Assembly: GCA_964016885.1 (NCBI GenBank)
Contig: OZ024761.1
Span: 30,628,001 to 30,692,000 of the forward strand
Source of the DNA: Eledone cirrhosa
Lineage: Eukaryota
Direction: 5' to 3'
DNA length: 64,000 nt
Shown here: in pieces, positions 1 to 9,219 of the stretch
Layout: every line of letters starts with the position of its first letter
How positions within the stretch are numbered: the stretch's first letter is position 1
Position numbers and translations under genes: made by a program
The notes under the pieces: generated by a model
What the model was told of the DNA's origin: nothing
Database searches by the model: none
What the model saw: only the letters and a program-made list of their open reading frames with translations

Positions 1-112
1 ATAATGATATAACAACCGTATTTAATAGTTTTCTCCCCTTTATTGAGATGCAAACGTTTTAAAGAAAAAACATGACAGTATAAGAAATATTTAATATCAT
101 AACATATAATAT

Positions 113-1364
113 TTCAGGTAGGATGGTCGTTTCTCTTGTCTTCCACCTCTAGTTGTAGATTCTTCATGTCCTCTCGAGCCATAATTATGTCGTCGACATA
201 TGCATAAGTTTGATTTCTTCTTGAATGAATTGCAAATCTTGAGGTAGCCTTCTTGGTACATTTATTAGCTTTAATTCGTGTTTACACTGCTTGTAATAAT
301 TCGTACGTTTTTTACTTTAGATGAAACATGTATATAAAAACGTCTGTGGCTTTAGTATTCCGTTAAGTTTGATTTCAATAGAAAAATACTTACTGAACAT
401 GTGTAACACAATTATAACTGGATCTACTTAGTTCCTAGCCACTAGAAAAAAATCTATTTGATAGAAGTTATTTCCTAGTTCTATGCACTGTCAATATCCC
501 TTCTACTTTTTATATGCTTGTGTTTGTTAAAGAAACATTCTCTGATTTAGGAACCACGATCTTCTCGCACCACCGTTGTAGTAATTCTTGTTAAATGTTT
601 TGTCTGGTCTATTGTCAATAAGTGGCCTTGTTTTCTGATTATGAATAAAGTTAAGTGGTCTACTGAATTGTCTTAATTATTGCTAATTTATAAGTTTGTT
701 TAACTGCCGATAACTTTTAAATCTATTTCTTAGGTTGCTTAGGCCTACAAATCTTATATCAATGTCCCTTCTTTTGACACTTTCTACGAGTGAATCCTTA
801 AATTGACATTTTATTTTGGGTTGTACTGCCTTATCCCACCTATAACAGCTAGAAGCAAATATAGTAAAAACAGGTCCTTGACTGTGGAGACTAAATATGA
901 GTTATGTTGAATACAATTGTTGAGGTTTATTCAATCTAAGAGAAGAAAAAATAAGTAAAGTGCAAAATTAACGTTTAAAGAGAAGAAAAGTATTTCTCTT
1001 TCTCTCTGGCAAAATAAATCTGCTGTTTTTAGACCTAGAGGAGGGGAGGATTGACTCAGTCAGGTTTAAATGCCCACATGACGGTAATTACGGCACCCCT
1101 ACAACAACAGTTAAGTGTCTATAACCACCACGCATTTATGAGACTAAAAACCTTGCTAGTATATTTTTATTTTGGTACAAAAGTTTTTAAATAATTTCAT
1201 AAGTTTTAAATTCAAGTAAGTCCAATATAACGTATTTAAACGAATCTATAGATAGGATTTCAATATCTTCCAGAGCTTATGAAATAGTAAAACAATTTTT
1301 TTTCTTTTCAATTATATCAAATACCATAAGTTGTTGTTTATGAAAGAAATGCTAAAATAGATTT
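113..1364 (-). mobile_element. Ty3/Gypsy (Mag-like) gag-pol relic, copy A: gag zinc knuckles, protease-like region, RT N-terminus, YVDD
   Basis: Minus-strand translation with frameshifts gives, in gag-PR-RT order: SSCYRWDKAVQPKIKCQFKDS/RKCQKKGH*YKICRPK (~852-735); LTNTSI*KVEGILTV (~530-485); CKHELKLINVPRRLPQDLQFIQEEIKL (~287-207); TYAYVDDIIMA (YVDD at 200-189). Many stops and deletions. Confidence 0.85.
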
Positions 1365-1496
1365 AGTTAGTATGACTCTGAAATGTGTTCATAAACGGTA
1401 ATGTTATGTTTTCCTTAGAGCCTGTCTGTCTTACAGTATGTTTACACACAATACATACATGCATAGACATAAATTAATTGTTTATCTATATTCATC

Positions 1497-2190
1497 TGTT
1501 TACACTCCTCGTAATAATTCGAGCGGTTTTGTTTTTGTTTTTTCTTCAGGAGATACGTAGATAGAAAAACGTTTGTGGCTTTAGTATTGCTTATTTTTAA
1601 GTTTTGTTTAATTGCCGATAAATTTGAAATATATTTGTTAGGTTTCTTAGAACTACAAATCTTTCTTATGACACTTACTACGGAATAAATTCTTAGCTGG
1701 ATACTTTACTTTGTGATTACTTTCCTCCCAAAGCCATGACAGCTTGAATCAGATGTAGCAAAAACTTGGGAAGGCTGACATGAGTTATGTTGAATATAAG
1801 TGTAGACGTAAAATATTTTTGTTTATTCAATCTAAAGGGAAGGAAAAAGAATTATAAGTCAAGTGCAAAATTAACGTTTAAAGGCATAAGAAAGGTATCT
1901 CGCTTTCTCTCCTGTAAAACAAATAGGCTGTTTTTAGACCAGGAGGATGGGAGGATTGACTCAGTCAGATTTAAATGCACACATGACGGTAAATACGACA
2001 GTCCTACAACAGTTAAGTGTCTATAACAACCATGCATTTAAGAGACTGAAAACCTTACTAATGTGTTTTTATTTTGGTATTTAAAAACAAATTATATATT
2101 TAATTTCATGTAAGTCAAATACAATGTATTTAAATGAATCTACAGATGGAGTTGCAATATCTGCCAGGACTTTGGAAATAGGGAAATATA
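1497..2190 (-). mobile_element. Ty3/Gypsy relic, copy B (diverged paralog of A, internally deleted)
   Basis: 1497-1590 matches 278-360 and 1590-2190 matches ~680-1295. Decayed knuckles SSCHGFG/SNHKVKYPAKNLFRSKCHK/KICSSKK at ~1748-1645. Confidence 0.82.
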
Positions 2191-2232
2191 TAATTTTTTA
2201 AATTAAAACTACTTTTCAAAGGAATAATAAAG

Positions 2233-2267
<35 letters not shown>

Positions 2268-2382
2268 TCTCTAGTGGAGATATTTCTGAGATTGGAAACC
2301 CTATCGATGTATGTATTTTGTCACTGAAAAATTATCAAAAAATTATTATTATATATACATGTTTGTGTTTTTGACGTAAGTA

Positions 2383-2645
2383 AAACGAATCTATATACGA
2401 GGTTTTCGATACCTGCCAGAGCTTATGAAATAGTAAAAGAATATTTTTATTTTTCAATTATGTCAAACATCGTATGTGGTTCTTTATTAAAGAAATGCTA
2501 AAATAGATTTAAATATATGAAATTTGCACAGTAGAATTACGGCCGCTTGGCTGGCGTCTGGTAAAGTGGTGGTAGTGTAGGTTCGAGCGGAGGGGAAACT
2601 AAAAAGGTGGCTTCGAGATGATCGTGGCCCCGGGTAGCCCAGAAG
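2383..2645 (-). mobile_element. Ty3/Gypsy relic, copy C (gag 5' part)
   Basis: 2383-2511 closely matches 1238-1364 (CCAGAGCTTATGAAATAGTAAAA...AAAGAAATGCTAAAATAGATTTA). Extension to 2645 is inferred. Confidence 0.7.
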
Positions 2646-2886
2646 ATAGAGACCAATCTCTTAAATTAAAAAAATAAAAATGTTTTAAACTTAAGATAAA
2701 GTAGACGATCGAAACCCTATCTCCAAATCTATACACACTCAATTGATGCATAGATACACCACAACTACCCACATGACCACCTACAGACCAACAAATATGG
2801 AGTGAAAATAAACACATTTAAAGCTATTTTATTGTTAGACTAAAAATAAGTTTATATATGTAAATATTCAAAAGAAAATCACTTAA

Positions 2887-2957
2887 GTCTTTATAGTCTA
2901 GTGGTAAGACATAGGACTGGGGAATGCCGTGTTTGGATTTCGAATCAACTTAAAACA
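2887..2957 (+). pseudogene. tRNA-like sequence (tRNA pseudogene or SINE head), unit 1
   Basis: 71 nt. A-box-like TAGTCTAGTGG; perfect D arm GTCT-AGTGGTA-AGAC; B-box-like TTCGAATC; partial acceptor pairing GTCTTTA/TAAAAC; followed directly by T8. Anticodon and T stems are broken. Confidence 0.65.
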
Positions 2958-2965
2958 TTTTTTTT
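2958..2965 (+). terminator. Putative Pol III terminator (T8); present in all units
   Basis: T run immediately 3' of the tRNA-like sequence. Confidence 0.45.
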
Positions 2966-2997
2966 ATCCTCACACTGTAAGGAATTTGCTTGATTTG

Positions 2998-3113
2998 AAC
3001 ACGTAGTCATACCATTTAAAGCTTTATTTTTCTCTTTCTAGTCGTAACACAGTCAGCATATAAATAAACGTGATTCACTTCAACACGTTGCCATACCATT
3101 TAAAACTTTATTT
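2998..3113 (+). repeat. 32-bp imperfect direct repeat (2998-3029 / 3082-3113); in all units
   Basis: AACACGTAGTCATACCATTTAAAGCTTTATTT vs AACACGTTGCCATACCATTTAAAACTTTATTT (3 mismatches). Confidence 0.9.
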
Positions 3114-3268
3114 GGAGATGAGACAAAGACACATAAATACACTAAGTAGTAAACCCTTGATTTAACTTACTATGAAGATGAAGAATGTCTGTTAATATCA
3201 AAGTGACGTTAAATTTAGGGGTCACTTTCATTGTTTTTAATTTACAGAAACTCCTTAATATAATACAA

Positions 3269-3549
3269 TGTATATATTAGAAGGAATATTTTTTATTTTC
3301 TTGTTCCGTCAAACCTTGCGTTTATTCTACACACACACACGTCGAAACACTTGCTTGAGCTGGCTTTCTTAGACATAATGAGAAGTGTTGGCTTTGTGGA
3401 GATTGATACAACTTTGGGTGATGTTACGAGGAGAGGCAAGGCTATGGAGAGTGTCTTAGTGGAAGAGATGATATCAGAGCAGTAACCTCCAAAGAGATGA
3501 AATTAGTGACTGAGATGCTATCATTGCATAGTTCAGAATATATATAACA
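3269..3549 (-). mobile_element. Possible LTR (~280 bp); in all units
   Basis: Minus strand begins TGTTATATAT and ends ATATATACA, has AATAAA near its 3' end, and lies 5' of the gag relics in the same orientation. No clear PBS or TSD. Confidence 0.35.
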
Positions 3550-4494
3550 AACATATACTATAAATTTAACAAGTCAAACTACAGTTATACTCTAACACGG
3601 AAGACAAATAAAACTTTACCTCTATCATGCACGTCGTATCCAGTGTGTTGTTATAAGAAAACCGGTGAAACACTAAATATGCCACCAGTGTAGCGATTTT
3701 ATACTCTCTCTGCTTCATCGTACCACCCAGTAACATGAAACTGTGTTCAAATCCCTGGGAGGTAGAATTACGTCGCTTTAAATAAACACACTGGGGTCAG
3801 TTTGAATATTGATTTCATGTGAAAAATATATACATATTATGATTGTACTCCGAACTATCAATATTGAAACAATTCTAATGCGCCAATAAAATTTATATAT
3901 CTATACAGCAACAGTGTTTTCGATCTTTCTTACTTTTTTATTCACATTCTACAGTCACTTTAACTCTGTAATAAAACCCAACACGAGACGAACGTTAACT
4001 GCAAGTTACCCACGAAATTAACGCAAACACAAATGAATATATATATATATACTACTAAAATGTATTTAAAATTAAAAAATAAATACTTAAATTCAATGTA
4101 TAATTACACGTACAATATGTTTTGTTGTAAAACCCTAAATAATGATTTAAGAAATGATGTCAATCTCTTTGTACAGAGATAAACATTAATTTATGTATAT
4201 GCATTGTGTGTGCGTATATACTCCATTTAAGACAGCGAAAAAGCCAGTACCTCCTTCGAAGAATGCCAAATAGTTTATGCCTCAGGGATACCGGTGTAAC
4301 ACTAATTAAGTTACCGGTGTAGATATTTCAGTTGAACCCTGCTTCAACAAACTACCCGGTAATTTGAAATCGAGTTCAGAGTGAGGGGTGTAAAACAGAA
4401 TTCTGTTTGGAAAATAGTAAATTCTAAACCTGCTAGAAATAATAGCCAAATGTCGTACTTTGGGTACGAGGTGCGACTCGTCTTACCTCTTCTA

Positions 4495-4532
<38 letters not shown>

Positions 4533-4757
4533 AGATTCACGGGTCGCGGCGGAGAGAAACCACAATGTACTCAATAGATTGGCATAGTATATATATATAT
4601 GTGTGTACATATAAATATGTGTGTGTGTGTATGTATATATATATATGTATAAATGTATATATACATATAAATACTTATATATATATATACATAAACATAT
4701 GTATACATACACACATATATAAATAAATATGTGTGTATATATATATATATCTGTGTG

Positions 4758-4809
<52 letters not shown>

Positions 4810-4852
4810 TTACTTAGGTTCTAAGGAATATTCCGCGAATGTCGGGGTTTAC

Positions 4853-4883
<31 letters not shown>

Positions 4884-4890
4884 GTATATA
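4495..4890. repeat. Compound (TA)n/(TG)n/(CA)n microsatellite blocks left of the palindrome; in all units
   Basis: Directly visible; length varies between units. Confidence 0.95.
4817..4854 (+). mobile_element. pogo/Tigger-like terminal inverted repeat remnant; in all units
   Basis: Reverse complement reads CAGTAAACCCCGACATTCGCGG, resembling Tigger-type TIRs; embedded in TA/TG repeats. Confidence 0.5.
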
Positions 4891-5283
4891 CATATTTATT
4901 ACTTTCACTGTTATTTCTAGCATAAAAAAGAAAAACCGGAAGGGGAGAAAATTGAAAAACTTCTTCTTTTTCCCTCCTCTAACTTTTTAAACAAAAGGAA
5001 ATTTGATGTAAACAAAAACGAAATTTTTGCCAAGAAAGTTAACTCTTCTCTGACTTAAATCCAAAATTGGGATACAAAAAAAATTCCGCAATTTTTTGTA
5101 TCCCAATTTTGGATATAAGTCAGAGAAGAGTTATCTTTCTTGGCAAAAATTTCGTTTTTGTTTACATAAAATTCTCTTTTGTTTGAAAAGTTAGAGGAGG
5201 GAAAAAGAAGAAGTTTTTCAATTTTCTCCACTTCCCGTTTTTTCTAGTGTATACTAGAAATAGCAGTCAAAGCAATATATATG
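4891..5283. repeat. 393-bp near-perfect palindrome (arms ~195 bp, loop CCGC 5086-5089), unit 1
   Basis: For example GGAGAAAATTGAAAAACTTCTTCTTTTTCCCTCCTCTAACTTTT vs AAAAGTTAGAGGAGGGAAAAAGAAGAAGTTTTTCAATTTTCTCC. Centre is GGGATACAAAAAAAATT-CCGC-AATTTTTTGTATCCC. Confidence 0.97.
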
Positions 5284-5425
5284 CCTTTTGTGACAATATA
5301 TATTGTTTTAACGCTAGATTATTAACAACAATATATTGTATTTGTTGGCCTATTGGACGCAGAAGACGCTCACTCGATTTTTATTATATTTTACGTTGTA
5401 TTTTGAGGTTTATAGACATTTCTAT

Positions 5426-5509
5426 GGACCACCTACAATATTCGCGGTTTTTCACTATTCTCGGGTTCTCTAGGACTGTAAACCCCACGAATGCCGGGGG
5501 GTAAATGTA
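5426..5509 (+). mobile_element. pogo/Tigger-like MITE 3' end; in all units
   Basis: ATTCGCGGTTTTTCACTATTC.CGGG...GTAAACCCCACGAATGCCGGGGGGTAAATG|TA shows the TTCGCGG subterminal repeat, TIR and TA pattern of Tigger-like ends. Homologous to 4817-4854. Confidence 0.6.
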
Positions 5510-5717
5510 TATGAATATATCGACTGATAATATACAGTATAATTGTACGAGTATGCATATACATAGCAATATATATACATATTTACACATATATGTACAT
5601 ATCTATATATAGACGCACATGTATATATATATATATAGACACACATGTATATATATATATATATGCATGTATGTATATATGTATACACATATATTTATAT
5701 ATGAATGTCTGTATATA

Positions 5718-5757
<40 letters not shown>

Positions 5758-5834
5758 GACATGTGTGTGTGTGTGTGTACATTCTTAGGTATATACATAT
5801 ATATTTATACACACATACATACAAATATATATAT
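5510..5834. repeat. Compound (TA)n/(CA)n/(TG)n microsatellite right of the palindrome; in all units
   Basis: Directly visible. Confidence 0.95.
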
Positions 5835-6386
5835 TTCTATGAGTCACAGTTTATTACACATTGGAGACAGAGTGAGAGATTTAGCTTTCATTTTTAGCAG
5901 ATTTAGAAACTTTGCAAACGCTTTATTTTTTCTTATTGCCGGTACTCTGAACACGATTTGAAATGACTGGAGTGAGTTTATAAAAGGGTAAACTGAAATA
6001 GTTGCACCGGTAATATATTTAGTGTTACACCGGTATTTTCGAAACAGTCTCTTTCGCATTCGTCTGCAAGAGGTAACGTTTTCTATGCCGTCTCTGTTAG
6101 TGTAGAACTGTAGGTTGACTTGCCTGGTTTTTACAACTCTTTGTCAACATGCATATTATTATTATATACTTTCAAACACACTTACATATATTATATTTAT
6201 AAACATATAGGATTTTACTAAGTTTTTATTCTTTCTAATGTGAAGAGATAGAAATAATAAGTTAAAACTAAAGTATAATGATATAACAACCGTATATAAT
6301 AGTTTTCTCCCCTTTATTGAGATGCAAACGTTTTAAAGAAAAAACATGACAGTATAAGAAATATTTAATATCATAACATATAATAT

Positions 6387-8915
6387 TTCAGGTAGGATGG
6401 TCGTTTCTCTTGTCTTCCACCTCTAGTTGTAGATTCTTCATGTCCTCTCTAGCCATAATTATGTCGTCGACATATGCATAAGTTTGATTTCTTCTTGAAT
6501 GAATTGCAAATCTTGAGGTAGCCTTCTTGGTACATTTATTAGCTTTAATTCGTGTTTACACTGCTTGTAATAATTCGTACGTTTTTTACTTTAGATGAAA
6601 CATATATATAAAAACGTCTGTGGCTGTAGTATACCTTTAAGTTTGATTTCAATAGAAAAATACTTACTGAACATGTGTAACACAATTATAACTGGATCTA
6701 CTTAGTTCCTAGCCACTAGAAAAAAATCTATTTGATAGAAGTTATTTCCTAGTTCTATGCACTGTCAATATCCCTTCTACTTTTTATATGCTTGTGTTTG
6801 TTAAAGAAACATTCTCTGATTTAGGAACCACGATCTTCTCGCACCACCGTTGTAGTAATTCTTGTTAAATGTTTTGTCTGGTCTATTGTCAATAAGTGGC
6901 CTTGTTTTCTGATTATGAATAAAGTTAAGTGGTCTACTGAATTGTCTTAATTATTGCTAATTTATAAGTTTGTTTAACTGCCGATAACTTTTAAATCTAT
7001 TTCTTAGGTTGCTTAGGCCTACAAATCTTATATCAGTGTCCCTTCTTTTGACACTTTCTACGAGTGAATCCTTAAATTGACATTTTATTTTGGGTTGTAC
7101 TGCCTTATCCCACCTATAATAGCTAGAAGCAAATATAGTAAAAACAGGTCCTTGACTGTGGAGACTAATATGAGTTATGTTGAATATAATTGTTGAGGTT
7201 TATTCAATCTAAGAGAAGAAAAAATAAGTAAAGTGCAAAATTAACGTTTAAAGACGAGAAAAGTATTTCTCTTTCTCTCTGGCAAAATAAATCTGCTGTT
7301 TTTAGACCTAGAGGAGGGGAGGATTGACTCGGTCAGGTTTAAATGCCCACATGACGGTAATTACGGCACCCCTACAACAACAGTTAAGTGTCTATAACCA
7401 CCACGCATTTATGAGACTAAAAACCTTGCTAGTGTATTTTTATTTTGGTACAAAAGTTTTTAAATAATTTCATAAGTTTTAAATTCAAGTAAGTCCAATA
7501 TAACGTATTTAAACGAATCTATAGATAGGATTTCAATATCTTCCAGAGCTTATGAAATAGTAAAACAATTTTTTTTCTTTTCAATTATATCAAATACCAT
7601 AAGTTGTTGTTTATGAAAGAAATGCTAAAATAGATTTAGTTAGTATGACTCTGAAATGTGTTCATAAACGGTAATGTTATGTTTTCCTTAGAGCCTGTCT
7701 GTCTTACAGTATGTTTACACACAATACATACATGCATAGACATAAATTAATTGTTTATTATCTATATTCATCTGTTTACACTCCTCGTAATAATTCGAGC
7801 GGTTTTGTTTTTGTTTTTTCTTCAAGAGATACGTAGATAGAAAAACGTTTGTGGCTTTAGTATTGCTTATTTTAAAGTTTTGTTTAATTGCCGATAAATT
7901 TGAAATATATTTGTTAGGTTTCTTAGAACTACAAATCTTTCTTATGACACTTACTACGGAATAAATTCTTAGCTGGATACTTTACTTTGTGATTACTTTC
8001 CTCCCAAAGCCATGACAGCTTGAATCAGATGTAGCAAAAACTTGGGAAGACTGACATGAGTTATGTTGAATATAAGTGTAGACGTAAAATATTTTTGTTT
8101 ATTCAATCTAAAGGGAAGGAAAAAGAATTATAAGTCAAGTGCAAAATTAACGTTTAAAGGCATAAGAAAGGTATCTCGCTTTCTCTCCTGTAAAACAAAT
8201 AGGCTGTTTTTAGACCAGGAGGATGGGAGGATTGACTCAGTCAGATTTAAATGCACACATGACGGTAAATACGACAGTCCTACAACAGTTAAGTGTCTAT
8301 AACAACCATGCATTTAAGAGACTGAAAACCTTACTAATGTGTTTTTATTTTGGTATTTAAAAACAAATTATATATTTAATTTCATGTAAGTCAAATACAA
8401 TGTATTTAAATGAATCTACAGATGGAGTTGCAATATCTGCCAGGACTTTGGAAATAGGGAAATATATAATTTTTTAAATTAAAACTACTTTTCAAAGGAA
8501 TAATAAAGATATATATATACACACACACACACACACATCTCTAGTGGAGATATTTCTGAGATTGGAAACCCTATCGATGTATGTATTTTGTCACTGAAAA
8601 GTTATCAAAAAATTATTATTATATATACATGTTTGTGTTTTTGACGTAAGTAAAACGAATCTATATACGAGGTTTTCGATACCTGCCAGAGCTTATGAAA
8701 TAGTAAAAGAATATTTTTATTTTTCAATTATGTCAAACATCGTATGTGGTTCTTTATTAAAGAAATGCTAAAATAGATTTAAATATATGAAATTTGCACA
8801 GTAGAATTACGGCCGCTTGGCTGGCGTCTGGTAAAGTGGTGGTAGTGTAGGTTCGAGCGGAGGGGAAACTAAAAAGGTGGCTTCGAGATGATCGTGGCCC
8901 CGGGTAGCCCAGAAG
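6387..8915 (-). mobile_element. Gypsy relics A+B+C, unit 2
   Basis: Copy of 113-2645. Confidence 0.8.
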
Positions 8916-9148
8916 ATAGAGACCAATCTCTTAAATTAAAAATGTTTTAAACTTAAGATAAAGTAGACGATCGAAACCCTATCTCCAAATCTATACACAC
9001 TCAATTGATGCATAGATACACCACAACTACCCACATGACCACCTACAGACCAACAAATATGGAGTGAAAATAAACACATTTAAAGCTATTTTATTGTTAG
9101 ACTAAAAATAAGTTTATATATGTAAATATTCAAAAGAAAATCACTCAA

Positions 9149-9219
9149 GTCTTTATAGTCTAGTGGTAAGACATAGGACTGGGGAATGCCGTGTTTGGAT
9201 TTCGAATCAACTTAAAACA
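9149..9219 (+). pseudogene. tRNA-like sequence, unit 2
   Basis: Copy of 2887-2957. Confidence 0.62.

Larger units (their letters stand above)
3570..6122. mobile_element. Block bounded by diverged long inverted repeats (non-autonomous DNA-transposon/foldback-like); in all units
   Basis: 3570-3623 vs reverse complement of 6069-6122 is 44/54 identical, ungapped. Similarity continues through ACCGGTG(A/T)AACACTAAATAT. A third copy at ~4225-4460 is inverted relative to ~5870-6090. Confidence 0.65.
1..6274. repeat. Array unit 1 (6274 bp)
   Basis: Anchor-to-anchor distance. Confidence 0.97.

Noticed and set aside
1787-2026. 79-aa ORF conserved in all units, and the overlapping 61-aa minus-strand ORF
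   Set aside because: It lies antisense to or off-frame within Gypsy relic B. Its conservation reflects array identity only, and the paralog in copy A is disrupted.
2887-2957. Functional tRNA gene
   Set aside because: Anticodon, T and acceptor stems contain multiple mismatches and the anticodon cannot be assigned.
3088-3105. GCCATACCA resembling the 5' end of 5S rRNA
   Set aside because: Only ~9 nt match, with no downstream 5S sequence or internal control region. It is part of a local direct repeat.
5468-5503. Helitron-like 3' end on the minus strand (hairpin then CTAG)
   Set aside because: The hairpin is weak and CTAG is followed by A rather than T. The sequence fits a Tigger-like terminus better.
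4344-6059. Many YI/HT/CV-rich ORFs here and in every unit
   Set aside because: They are translations of TA/CA/TG microsatellites, and their frames shift between units as repeat lengths change.
1-6274. snRNA, spliced-leader, rRNA or histone gene as the payload of the array
   Set aside because: No U1/U2/U6, known SL, rRNA or histone signature was recognised by eye. A lineage-specific ncRNA cannot be excluded without an Rfam scan.
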